From IMG/VR virus record IMGVR_UViG_3300048852_000029, positions 1-30,064 of that record: DNA of 30,064 nucleotides. One strand, 5' to 3'. The position numbers were made by a program, and so were the translations under genes. Each line of letters starts with the position of its first letter. The stretch's first letter is position 1. The notes under the pieces were generated by a model. It ran no database searches. It was not told the origin of the DNA and worked only from the letters and a program-made list of their open reading frames with translations. This DNA comes from a virus. Lineage: Duplodnaviria; Caudoviricetes. This document shows, in pieces, positions 8,478-17,913 of this stretch.

Positions 8478-8597
8478 CCGATCCCGGCCGGATCGGCCGG
8501 GTAGCGCCGCGCGGCGCACCGGTGGCGGCGGCCTGCGGGGGCTGCCGCCACCACCTTCCCGCATCCCCGCATCTCTCCCGCAGGAGATCAGACCACC

Positions 8598-9008
8598 ATG
8601 GCCAAGCTCAGTTCCTTCCGCCAGGACGCCAAGGCGATCGTCGAGGGCGAGTGGGTTCCCGTCGGCGAGGAATACGATGACCTCGAGATTCGCACCCGCG
8701 GCTTCACCGACGCCTACTTCGATGCCCAGGCCGCGCGGCAGCGGCGCGCCGCGGTCGGCCTCGGCGGCGACGTGTCGAAGCTGCCGAGCGCGATCCGCCG
8801 TCGCATCAACATCGACTGCCTGATCGAGTTCGTGACGCTGGACGTGCGCAACCTGACCCACGACGACGGCAAGGCCGTCACGCATGACGAGTTCTGCGAC
8901 CTGCTGCGCGACCCTAACTATGCCGAGCTGGTGGTGGCCTGCTTCAAGGCCGCGGGCAAGGTCGGGCAGCGCCGGACGGCGGACCTTGAGGACGCCTCGG
9001 GAAACTGA
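8598..9008 (+). CDS. Tail assembly chaperone (lambda gpG-like)
   Basis: AGGAG SD; between tail tube and tape measure; ends in slippery G GGA AAC TGA. Confidence 0.8.
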   Translation: MAKLSSFRQDAKAIVEGEWVPVGEEYDDLEIRTRGFTDAYFDAQAARQRRAAVGLGGDVSKLPSAIRRRINIDCLIEFVTLDVRNLTHDDGKAVTHDEFCDLLRDPNYAELVVACFKAAGKVGQRRTADLEDASGN

Positions 9009-9343
9009 CGGAGGTCCTCCGGTGGCACCTGACCTGGGGCCGCTTCGGCGGCTTCCTGGCGGCGCTGGAGGATGACGACAGTCGGCCGCAAGCCCCGGTG
9101 CTGCCGGACTGGCTGCACTGGGTCTGGCGCGCCTGGCACCGGCTGCATCAGGACCGCCCCTGGGTCGGCGGCGGCATGGCGGCGCCGCAGCCCCGGCGGA
9201 TCCCCTGGGCGGCAGTGATGGCCTGGTCCGATCGCCACGGCTACGGGTCCGAGCAAGCCGATTTCCTGGACCGGTGCTGCCAGGTCATGGATGCCGTGTT
9301 CCTGGACTGGTGGCAGGCGCAGCAGAGGACGGGCGCGACATGA
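8999..9343 (+). CDS. -1 frameshift extension of the tail assembly chaperone (gpGT-like; fusion ~248 aa)
   Basis: X XXY YYZ heptamer GGGAAAC at 8999-9005; the -1 frame is open (GKLTEVLRWHLTWGRF...LPDWLHWVWRAWHRL...IPW....AW) to TGA 9343. Confidence 0.8.
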   Translation, partial: GKLTEVLRWHLTWGRFGGFLAALEDDDSRPQAPVLPDWLHWVWRAWHRLHQDRPWVGGGMAAPQPRRIPWAAVMAWSDRHGYGSEQADFLDRCCQVMDAVFLDWWQAQQRTGAT

Positions 9344-9969
9344 GTGGTGCGGCCTTCCGACGCAGCGTGGATGTCTTCCTCGCGCGCTCGCTCTCTCCGC
9401 AGCAGCAGTCGGCGGCGCTGGCGCAGACGGCCAAGGCGGGGCTGGCGGAGCTGATCCGCTCGGGTCAGGGGTCCGAGCGGTACCGGCGCATCGTGGACGG
9501 CCGCGAGGGCGCTGCCGAGGAAGCGGTGCGGCCGGACGGCGTCATCGTCTACCGCTTCGACCGGCTGGCCGAGGCCGCGGCCTTCGCGCTCAACTACTTG
9601 CAGGAGCGGTCGCCGCGCGACAGCGGCGACTATCGCTCCAGCTTCTACCTGGGCCTGGACGGCCGGTTCGTCCCGGCGTCCCGCTTCAACCCGGCGACGA
9701 TGGGCCAGGTGGACGAGATCGTCATCGGCAATACCCAGCCCTACAGCCGCAAGCTCGACGTGCAGCTGGTGGGCGGGCAGTCGCTTCGCGTCAGCATGCC
9801 GCCCGGCATCTTCTCCGATGCCGCCGCGGCGGTGCGTCGCCGCTTCGGCAACAGTGTGACCGCGAAGCGCGTCTACACCATGCGCTTCCCAGGCCAGTAT
9901 GTGATTCGCTCCGGCCGCAACAAGGGCCGGCCTGTCGAGAGCCCCGCGCTCGTCATCTCCGCCCGCTAG
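9340..9969 (+). CDS. Putative tail completion/neck protein (HK97 gp10-like)
   Basis: ATGA overlap at 9340; ERSPRDSGDYRSSF resembles the gp10 'aPvdTG.lr.S' motif; IVIGNTQPYSRK resembles the 'N...YA' motif. Confidence 0.55.
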   Translation: MSGAAFRRSVDVFLARSLSPQQQSAALAQTAKAGLAELIRSGQGSERYRRIVDGREGAAEEAVRPDGVIVYRFDRLAEAAAFALNYLQERSPRDSGDYRSSFYLGLDGRFVPASRFNPATMGQVDEIVIGNTQPYSRKLDVQLVGGQSLRVSMPPGIFSDAAAAVRRRFGNSVTAKRVYTMRFPGQYVIRSGRNKGRPVESPALVISAR

Positions 9970-9977
9970 GAGGACCC

Positions 9978-12900
9978 ATGGCCACTGTCTCCCAGGTGAC
10001 CGAGGCTGTCTTCCGCTCGCGCTTCGAGGACCAGACGAGCGCTGGCGCCGCGGCGGCCCGCCGCGCGGTCGAGGCGCTCGGCGTGGCCGCCGAGGAGACC
10101 GACCACCGAGTCACCCGCGCCGAGCGCTCAGCCCGCGCCTGGGTGAACGCGAACGACAACCTCTCCCTGGCAGCGCGGCGCACCGAGAAGGCGCAGCGCG
10201 ACCTAGCCGCCGCGGAGGCGGCGCTCGAGGCCGGCCTTGCAAAGGGGGAGATCACCGCCGAGCAGGCTGCGCGGGCCAAGGAGAACCTGGCCCGCAAGGC
10301 CCGCGAGGCGGAGGATCGCCTGCGGGCGCTGCAAGCGGCGACCGCGCCGGCCTCCGAGGCCGCGCAGCTGCTCGCCAACCGCCTCGATGCCGCGGCTGAG
10401 GCCGCCCAGCGGGCTGCCAGCTACCAGGCGGCGCTGAACCAGACGCTCGGCGTCTCGGCCCGCTCCGGCGAGGACTACGCGCGCCGGGCCGCGGACATTG
10501 CCGCCTATGGGCAGGAGCTCGATCGGCTGCGGGCGAAGTACAGCCCGCTGTATGCCGCCCAGCAGCAGTACCGGGCCACGCTGCAGGAGATCGCCCAGGC
10601 CGAGCGTGTCGGCGCGCTGGCGGCCGTGGAGGCGGCGGCGGCGCGGCAGCGCACCAAGGATGCCTTCGCGCAGCAGGTCCTCGCACTGCGCGGGATCCCG
10701 CCGGCGACGGACGAGGCGGGGAAGGCCGTCTCCGGCCTGGGCGGCCGCATCGGCCAGCTCGGGTTTCAGGCGCAGGATCTGGTGGTGCAGCTCCAGGCTG
10801 GCGGCGATGCCCTCGTCGCGGTCGCGCAGCAGGGCAGCCAGGCGCTGGGCATGTTCGGCAGCACCGGCGCGATCGCCGGCTTCGCGCTGGCCGTGGCCGC
10901 GGTGATCGCCCGTCTCGTCATCGGCAAGTCGGAGATCCAGCGCTTCAACGAAGAGATGGAGCGCCAGGCGGAGCAGCACCGAGAGGCGGAACGGCGCGCC
11001 TCGGACTACACGCAGGCGCTGCGCTCCCAGGGGGACCAGTACCGCTCAGCCGAAGTCGCCGGCCAACGGTACCGCGAGGGGCTGCGCGGCGAGGGGGAAA
11101 CCCTCGTGCAGCTCACCCGGTACTACCAGGGGCTGACCGAGGCCCAGCTCGAGTACGAGCGCCGCCGCGAGCGGACCACCACGCAGAACAACGCCGCCGA
11201 GGCCTCGCGCCTGCGTAGTGGCGTCCTCGGCGCCATCAACGGCCGCCTGACGCAGGCGCCGACGGCGGGCGAAATGGGCCTCTACCCGCTCGCGGCCATC
11301 GGCGGCGGCGGCCTCGACCCCTCCACCCAGGAGGACTACCGCCAGGCGACGGAGGCCATCACGCGCTTCCGGCAGGCGAATGTCGTCACACAGGAGTCCG
11401 TCCTCGCGCTGCGGCAGCAGCTGCAGGCGGCCGTGGACGAAAATGGCGCCTATGCGGCCAGCATCAACGTCATCATCCAGAGCCTCGACCGGCTTATTCC
11501 GCAGCTCGAGCAGCTGACGCAGGCGCAGGAGCGCGCCCGCCTCCGCCAGCTCGCCCTGTCAGGCCAGGCCAGCCCCGAGCAGGTTCGCGCGCTCGCCGAT
11601 GCGGCCTCGAACGACGTCGGCGGTGCGTACCAGCAGCGGCAGCAGCTGACGCAGCAGCGGACCGACATCGAGCGGCAGCTGCGCGTCGAGACGGATCCGC
11701 AGCGGATCGCCGCGTACCGGTCCTCGCTCGTCGCCATCCAGCAGGCCCTCGAGGGACTGACCCCGGCGACCGAGCAGTACATGCGCGGGCTGCGCGAGCA
11801 GGTGGCGCTGTCGCGGGAGACGGAGGGTGCCGCGCGCGAGCTGGCGCAGGCTGAGCTCGAGATCGACCGCGCCACGCGGGCGGCGGGCGAGGGGCAGGCC
11901 AGCGCCGGACAGAAGGCCGAGGCGCGCCGCCTGGTGCAGCAGCGGCTGACCGAGGAGCTCAACACCGCCCTCGTGGCGGCGAACGAGCAGGTCAACTGGA
12001 CCGACCGCGTCGCCGATGCCTACCTCGAGAGCGCCCAGGCTGGCGCGCAGGCCGAGATTGCGCAGCGGGCCTGGACCGAGGCGCTGAAGTACGGGAAAGA
12101 GGGCAGCGTCGAGCACGAGAGCGCCACGCGCAGCCTGACCGCCTCCCTTACCCGGCAGGCCGAGGCGCAGGCGCGCGTGAACTCCGCCAAGGCGCTACAG
12201 GACCAGCGCGACCAGATCGAGCTGCTTCGGCGCGAGACGGAGCTGCTCGGCGCCAACTCCGACGTCCGCGAGCGCGAGCTGGCCATCCTGCGCGAGCGTC
12301 AGCGCATCCTGAATGAGGACCCGGGCGCCAACCTGGGCAGCGCGGAGAACCGGCAGCGCCTGAGCAACGCCGGGCAGATCGCCGGCATGACGCGCGAGCT
12401 GCAGCAGCAGCAGAACAGCTGGAATGAGCTGTCGCGCGTCGGCGAGCAGGCGTTCGACAGGATCGGCGGCGCGATCACCGAGGCTTTCGCGAACGGCTCG
12501 CTGAAGGCGGTTAACTTCAAGAACATCGCGAAGGCGGTGTTCAGCGAGGTGATCCAGGCGGCCATGCGCATGGCGGTCGTGAACCCGCTGATGAACAGCC
12601 TGTTCGGCGGCACCAGGCCCACGCTCGGCGGCCTGGGCGGCAGCATGACGGTCAGCGACAGCAGCGGCGGTGGCCTCGGCGGCCTATTCAACTCCATCGG
12701 CAGCCTGTTCGGCGGCAGCAGCAGCGGCAGCACGTCGTTCGGGCCGTCCTCGGGTGGCGGCTTCTGGAGCTCCATCGGCAGCCTGTTCGGCAGCGGCAGC
12801 AGCAGCGGCCGCACGTCATCCGCGGCGTCCTCGGGTGGTGGCGGCTTCTGGAGCTCCATCGGATCGTTTTTCGGGTTCGGCGGGGGCAGCAGCAGCGCCC

Positions 12901-14225
12901 CTGTCGGCGGCGCCGCGCAGGCGGCCGGGGTGAGGGCAGTACCCGGCGGCATGAGCGCCGCTGGCACTTCCCCTACGTCGGCCATGGGCGGCGTGGGTTC
13001 CACGATCGGCGGCATCGGCGCGGGCTTCGGCATGGGGATGATGGCCAACAGCCTTGCCCGCGGAAACAGCCAGGGCGCGATGATTGGCGCGGGCATCGGC
13101 TCTGTCGTCGGCGCCATCTGGGGGCCGATCGGCTCGATGGTCGGCGGCACCCTCGGCGGCCTGGTGGGCGGCCTGTTCGGCAACAGCAAGCCGTCCAACA
13201 AGGAGGGGACCAGCACCATCGACCTCGACACCTACGCACAAGTCGAGGGCGGCATGACTGGCAAGAAGTTCTCGCAGGAGAACCGGGACGCCGCGAAGAG
13301 CATCACCGACCGGATCGCGGATCTCGACGAAGCGCTTGAGAAGGCACTCGAAACCTCAATCAACGGCAGCATCAACGTCGGCGTCGGCTCGCGCGACGGC
13401 ATCTACCTGCGCTACGGCGAGTACAGCGGACGCTACGGGCGTGACGAGAAGGGGGTCAACGCGCTGCTCGCGCAGGTCGCCTATGGCATGGTTGACAGCG
13501 TCGAGAGCGAGCTCAGCGCCACCCTGAAGCAGATCCTCAAGGCATCCGGTGACGACGGCAACAAGCTCGTCGAAAACATCGACTGGTACACCACGGTCTA
13601 CAAGCCGCTCACTGAGGCGGCCGAGCCGCTCGACCAGTACGAGCAGGCACTGAAGGACCTCAACAGCCAGTACGACGAGGCCGTCAAGAAGGCGAAGCAG
13701 CTCGGGCTCGCGGAAACGGAGCTCGAGCAGCGCCGCGTAAAGGCGATCGAGCAGCTCGAGCAGCAGCGCCGCGAGGCAGTCGCGCCGACGATCACCTCGA
13801 CCGTCACCTCGCTCGCCGACTACATCCAGAGCCTGCGCAGCGGGCAGCTGTCGCCCATTTCGGCGCGCGGCCAGTTCGTGGCGGCGCAGGGCGAGTTCGA
13901 CCGGCTCTACGCGCTCGCGGCGGGCGGCGACTACACGGCCCTGACGCAGATCGCGCAGGCCGCCGACACGCTGCTCAACGCGGGCCGCGAGGTCGAGGGC
14001 AGCGGCGCCGGGTACACGGCGCTGTTCGAGCGCGTGACCGGCGCCCTCGGCGACCTGGGCACGTCGCTCGACGAGGACAAGCTGACCGCTTCGCTGTTCG
14101 TCCTCGAGGGCAAGAAGAACACCGAGATCCTCGAGGCGGCCATTGACCGGATGACGTCCGTGGCGAACGCGCTGCTCGCGGAGACGCGCCAGAACGGCAA
14201 CCGGCCGGGGAGGCTCGCGGCATGA
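9978..14225 (+). CDS. Tail tape measure protein (~1415 aa)
   Basis: AGGAGG SD before ATG 9978; long Ala/Gln/Glu/Arg helical protein with QLGFQAQDLVVQL...QQGSQ motif and Gly-rich hydrophobic segments; follows the chaperone genes. Confidence 0.93.
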   Translation: MATVSQVTEAVFRSRFEDQTSAGAAAARRAVEALGVAAEETDHRVTRAERSARAWVNANDNLSLAARRTEKAQRDLAAAEAALEAGLAKGEITAEQAARAKENLARKAREAEDRLRALQAATAPASEAAQLLANRLDAAAEAAQRAASYQAALNQTLGVSARSGEDYARRAADIAAYGQELDRLRAKYSPLYAAQQQYRATLQEIAQAERVGALAAVEAAAARQRTKDAFAQQVLALRGIPPATDEAGKAVSGLGGRIGQLGFQAQDLVVQLQAGGDALVAVAQQGSQALGMFGSTGAIAGFALAVAAVIARLVIGKSEIQRFNEEMERQAEQHREAERRASDYTQALRSQGDQYRSAEVAGQRYREGLRGEGETLVQLTRYYQGLTEAQLEYERRRERTTTQNNAAEASRLRSGVLGAINGRLTQAPTAGEMGLYPLAAIGGGGLDPSTQEDYRQATEAITRFRQANVVTQESVLALRQQLQAAVDENGAYAASINVIIQSLDRLIPQLEQLTQAQERARLRQLALSGQASPEQVRALADAASNDVGGAYQQRQQLTQQRTDIERQLRVETDPQRIAAYRSSLVAIQQALEGLTPATEQYMRGLREQVALSRETEGAARELAQAELEIDRATRAAGEGQASAGQKAEARRLVQQRLTEELNTALVAANEQVNWTDRVADAYLESAQAGAQAEIAQRAWTEALKYGKEGSVEHESATRSLTASLTRQAEAQARVNSAKALQDQRDQIELLRRETELLGANSDVRERELAILRERQRILNEDPGANLGSAENRQRLSNAGQIAGMTRELQQQQNSWNELSRVGEQAFDRIGGAITEAFANGSLKAVNFKNIAKAVFSEVIQAAMRMAVVNPLMNSLFGGTRPTLGGLGGSMTVSDSSGGGLGGLFNSIGSLFGGSSSGSTSFGPSSGGGFWSSIGSLFGSGSSSGRTSSAASSGGGGFWSSIGSFFGFGGGSSSAPVGGAAQAAGVRAVPGGMSAAGTSPTSAMGGVGSTIGGIGAGFGMGMMANSLARGNSQGAMIGAGIGSVVGAIWGPIGSMVGGTLGGLVGGLFGNSKPSNKEGTSTIDLDTYAQVEGGMTGKKFSQENRDAAKSITDRIADLDEALEKALETSINGSINVGVGSRDGIYLRYGEYSGRYGRDEKGVNALLAQVAYGMVDSVESELSATLKQILKASGDDGNKLVENIDWYTTVYKPLTEAAEPLDQYEQALKDLNSQYDEAVKKAKQLGLAETELEQRRVKAIEQLEQQRREAVAPTITSTVTSLADYIQSLRSGQLSPISARGQFVAAQGEFDRLYALAAGGDYTALTQIAQAADTLLNAGREVEGSGAGYTALFERVTGALGDLGTSLDEDKLTASLFVLEGKKNTEILEAAIDRMTSVANALLAETRQNGNRPGRLAA
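12670..12895 (+). repeat. Three tandem ~78-84 bp Gly/Ser-rich repeats in the tape measure gene
   Basis: GG(L/F)(F/W)(N/S)SIGS(L/F)FG..SSS; TCCATCGG recurs at 12693, 12771 and 12855. Confidence 0.85.
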
Positions 14226-15871
14226 CCAGCCTGCGATTCCTGGCGGTCGAGATGGACGCCTACGCGCCCGGCGGAGAGGCCCCGGGCGGCGCGGCGCCCT
14301 TCGCCTCGGCGCCGTGGGCCGACACGCCGCCAGACGCGGGCCGCGTGTCCGTATCCGAGATCGTGCTCGCCAGCGACATCGGATACCGGACGCGGGAGAG
14401 TGATGCGGGCGGCCTGCGGCTCTACCCGGGCACGGTCGACCAGGCGTTCGCTCTCGACCGGGCCATGAAGCTCGCCCCCGGCGCCGCCGCCGTGGCGGCC
14501 AGCTGGGGCAGCCTGCGGCTCGCCAATGCAGGGCGGCGATACGACGCCCTCGCCGCCCGCAGCAACGCGGACGGACGCCTTGTGCGCGTGCTCATGGGGT
14601 GGAAGTCGCCCGACGCGCGCGGCTACCTCGTCGACCCGCCCTACGCGTCGCTCATGCCGTTCTTCGTGGGCATCGGGCAGCCCTGGTTCCTCTCCGAGGA
14701 AGTGCTCGAGGTCCCGCTGCGCGACGCCAGCTACTGGATCGAGCGGCCCTACCTCCAGAACGTCTACGCGGGCATCAGCGGCCTCGAGGGCACGCCGGAC
14801 ATGGCCGGGCAGATCAAGCCCCGCGTGCGTGGCGGCACCTCGGCCGACCCCGTGCGCAACGTGACGCCGAAGCTGATCGACCCGGTCGACCAGATCTACC
14901 AGTTCACCGACGGCCCCGGCACCATCGTCGCGCTCTATGAGGGCGGCGACGCGCAGCACACCTACGCGGGCGACGTCGCGGACCTGTACAGCGGCGTCAC
15001 GCCCTCGGGGCAGTACCGCACCAACAACGCCAACGGCTGCTTCCAGCTCGGCACGCGCCCCACGCGCCCGATCACCGTGGACGTCACCGGCGGCTTCGTC
15101 GTCGCGGGCGCGCAGAGCAGCGCGGCCACCATCGCCCGCTACATCCTCACCGAGGACATGGCGCTGCCGCCGGACCTGATCGACGTCGCCTCGTTCACGT
15201 CGCTCGCCGCGCTCTACCCGTGGACGGCGGGCTGGTCATGGACCGAGGCCAGCGACGGCGCCGCGGCGGCCGGGCTGATGCTGGCGGCCATCGGCGCGCG
15301 CCTGGTGCCGACGCGGGACGGGCGCCTGAAGGCCATCGCGCTGCGCACGCTGCCTGCGGGCGCGACGCCCAAGGCGCGGCTCAGCACGGCCGAGATCATC
15401 GGCCTGACGCCCCGCGCTCTCGGCGCGCCGCTCGACCCGCCGCCGTACAGGTGGCGCGTGGGCTACCAGCGCTGCCACACGGTGCAGACGAGCGACCTGG
15501 ACCCCGACGTGTCGGACGCGCGGAAGCAGTTCCTCGCCTCGGCCGACCGTTTCGCGCCGCCCTGGGCCTCGACGGCAGTGCTCGCCGCCTACCGGAACCC
15601 GCAGGATCCGCCGGAGCTGCCGACAGCACTGCTCCAGAAAGCGCACGCCGAGGCGCTCGCACAGTCGCTCGGCGCGCTGTGGGGCACCGTTCCTGCACGG
15701 CGGCTCTACGATGTCGTCGTGCCCACGGAGCTCGGCCTGTCGCTCGACGTCGGCGATGCCGTCTCTCTCGTCTACCCGATCCACGATCTGGACGGCGGCA
15801 AGCTCGGGCAGGTCGTCGGCGACAGCCTGCGCGGGCACGAGGACACCATGAGACTGCAGGTGCTGGTATGA
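14222..15871 (+). CDS. Tail tip/baseplate hub-like protein
   Basis: 549 aa directly after the tape measure (ATGA overlap); YAG..GLEG..D.AG..KPR..G...NV.P.L.DP...IYQ pattern. Confidence 0.7.
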   Translation: MTSLRFLAVEMDAYAPGGEAPGGAAPFASAPWADTPPDAGRVSVSEIVLASDIGYRTRESDAGGLRLYPGTVDQAFALDRAMKLAPGAAAVAASWGSLRLANAGRRYDALAARSNADGRLVRVLMGWKSPDARGYLVDPPYASLMPFFVGIGQPWFLSEEVLEVPLRDASYWIERPYLQNVYAGISGLEGTPDMAGQIKPRVRGGTSADPVRNVTPKLIDPVDQIYQFTDGPGTIVALYEGGDAQHTYAGDVADLYSGVTPSGQYRTNNANGCFQLGTRPTRPITVDVTGGFVVAGAQSSAATIARYILTEDMALPPDLIDVASFTSLAALYPWTAGWSWTEASDGAAAAGLMLAAIGARLVPTRDGRLKAIALRTLPAGATPKARLSTAEIIGLTPRALGAPLDPPPYRWRVGYQRCHTVQTSDLDPDVSDARKQFLASADRFAPPWASTAVLAAYRNPQDPPELPTALLQKAHAEALAQSLGALWGTVPARRLYDVVVPTELGLSLDVGDAVSLVYPIHDLDGGKLGQVVGDSLRGHEDTMRLQVLV

Positions 15872-17910
15872 CCGAGAAATGCTGCTTCGGGTGGGAGAAC
15901 CGCGTGCTCTCGGCGCCCCTGCTTCAGGCGTCCGACGAGGTGGCGGGCCTCACCGCCGGGAACCTTCAGACGCAGCATGGCGCCGCCACCGAGGCGTGGC
16001 AGACGCCGTCCGGTGTCACGTCTGCCTCGCTGCTGATCGACGCGGGCTCTGTGGTGACCTGGCGTGCCTTCCTGCTCGCGCGCACCAACCTGACGCCCGC
16101 GGCCACGGTGCGCTGGCGCGTCGGCCCGGCCGAAGCGGTGATCGAGGCTACGCCGACTTTCGACGTGCAGTTCGGGCCTGGGTTCATCGCGCCGGCTGGG
16201 TTCACGTGCTCACGCGCTCACTCCCCGGTGACGGCGCTCGCGACCTACTTCGATAGCGCTGGCGTCATGCAGACGGCTGCCGGGGGCGTGTTGCGGCACG
16301 ACACGTACGACCCGGCAACACTGGAGAGCCTCGGCGCACTGCAGGAGCCCCGGCGCGTCAACTCCATCCCCGACCCGTGCGGCGAAGTCGGGTCGAATTG
16401 GCCGAAGTCAGCGGCCGCCAGCGTGGTCGGTACGGGCGTCGAGGACGGAATACCGTACACCGACATCCGGATTCAGGGCACGACCCCGCTATCGACCTCG
16501 GCCGTAACTTTCGCAGTCGCCAGCACCATTGCAGCGTCCTCGGGGGAGGCATGGTCCGCGGCGGTCAATGTGCGTCTGGTCGCAGGAACGCTGCCCTCTG
16601 GCGAGGGCGAATCCGTGAACCTGCGCACGCGTTATTCGACCAGCGCGGCAGCCTTCGCGGGCGCGAAGGAGTTATTCATCGTCCCGACCTCGGCGCCCCT
16701 ACGGACGCAGCGGTTTAAGAACGAGAACGCGGTTGCCCCAACAACCACCGCATGGGTCAATGTGCATCTGTGGGTCACAACGGCCGCGGCGTGTGACTTC
16801 ACGTTGCGCGTGGCGCTGCCGCAGCTGGAGCTGGGCGAGTTCAGCACCTCGCCTATCCTGCCGCCGGCCGGCGCGCCACAGGTGTCGACCCGTGGGTCCG
16901 AGTACCTAGCCTGGGCGGGGCAGGTCGCCGCGGAGGAAGGAACGCTCTTCGTCGAGGCGCAGCCGATCACCGTAGGTGCAGCCGGGGCGCTCTGGCGCGC
17001 ACGCATCGACACCGGAAGCAATGCGGTGGGCGGAACCCAAGCGGCGCTCCGGTGCTGGGCCCTGTCACCGACTAGCGCCCCGGTGTATGACGCTTACCTG
17101 TTTGTCGGGTCCACAACTCTGCTGGATTCCGTCAATGTTTCGGTGCCCGGCGGCGGAGGGCTCACGCGGGCTGCCCTGACGGTGGGACCCGGCGGCACCT
17201 ACGCGTGGGCGAACGGTCAGAATTTGGCGTCGGTGCCGGGCGCGACCGCGGTGGGCGCGGCCTTTTCCCGAGTGTACCTCCTCGCCGACGTGGGTGGGGT
17301 AACGAGCCTCCGCCGCCTCCGCTACTACGCGGCGCAGATGACCTCCGGGCAGGTTGCCGCGCTCAGCTCTACTGGTTCCAGCCTCGATCCGGCTGCCACG
17401 GTCTACGACGGCGGCGCGCTGCCAGGCGTGGCCCATGGCTACGGGCAGCACGTGAACGTAGCCCCGGCCGAGGTGTCGGGCCGCTACGCCCGGGTGGACA
17501 TCAGCGACCCCACCAACCCCGACACCTTCCTCAACATCCCGCTCGCCTTCGCGGGGCCGGTGTGGACGCCTGAGCGCAACGCGGGTTGGGACACCAACGT
17601 CGGCCGCACCATCGACGCCTCTGTCGTCACCGCGCGCTCGGGCGCCGAGTTTGTCACGCTGCGCTACGCCCGACGCCAGTGGAGCGTCGCCATGCCGAAC
17701 CTGACCGGCGCCGAGGTGTGGCCGAAGGTGATGGAGCTCGCCGCCGTCGCTCAGGACGGCACGAACGTCCTGTTCATCCCGTTCCCCAACGGCGCCGACA
17801 TGCAGCGCGAGGCTATCTTCGGTCGCCTGTCGGGTAGCAGCGCGGTGACGTGGCCCGTCACCAGCATGGAGTGCCGCGCCTGGTCGGCCACCATCACCGA
17901 GAGGCTCTGA
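15868..17910 (+). CDS. Tail protein (distal-tail-like) with a large inserted lectin/spike-like domain (680 aa)
   Basis: ATGA overlap at 15868; high-GC N- and C-terminal parts flank a lower-GC middle containing ATYFDSAGVMQTAA...YDP.TL...G.L.E.RR.N and EGTLFVEA motifs. Confidence 0.65.
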   Translation: MTEKCCFGWENRVLSAPLLQASDEVAGLTAGNLQTQHGAATEAWQTPSGVTSASLLIDAGSVVTWRAFLLARTNLTPAATVRWRVGPAEAVIEATPTFDVQFGPGFIAPAGFTCSRAHSPVTALATYFDSAGVMQTAAGGVLRHDTYDPATLESLGALQEPRRVNSIPDPCGEVGSNWPKSAAASVVGTGVEDGIPYTDIRIQGTTPLSTSAVTFAVASTIAASSGEAWSAAVNVRLVAGTLPSGEGESVNLRTRYSTSAAAFAGAKELFIVPTSAPLRTQRFKNENAVAPTTTAWVNVHLWVTTAAACDFTLRVALPQLELGEFSTSPILPPAGAPQVSTRGSEYLAWAGQVAAEEGTLFVEAQPITVGAAGALWRARIDTGSNAVGGTQAALRCWALSPTSAPVYDAYLFVGSTTLLDSVNVSVPGGGGLTRAALTVGPGGTYAWANGQNLASVPGATAVGAAFSRVYLLADVGGVTSLRRLRYYAAQMTSGQVAALSSTGSSLDPAATVYDGGALPGVAHGYGQHVNVAPAEVSGRYARVDISDPTNPDTFLNIPLAFAGPVWTPERNAGWDTNVGRTIDASVVTARSGAEFVTLRYARRQWSVAMPNLTGAEVWPKVMELAAVAQDGTNVLFIPFPNGADMQREAIFGRLSGSSAVTWPVTSMECRAWSATITERL

Positions 17911-17913
17911 GAC

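Noticed and set aside
9291-9977. ORF-track N-terminal extensions of the tape measure (9291), protease (325), capsid (863), tail protein (15220), PEP-CTERM gene (22627), SRAP (27549) and the 29140 ORF (29985)
   Set aside because: They overlap neighbouring genes or the tRNA, or conflict with family-defined starts; better starts with SD sequences, ATGA coupling or the SRAP MCGR N-terminus lie downstream.
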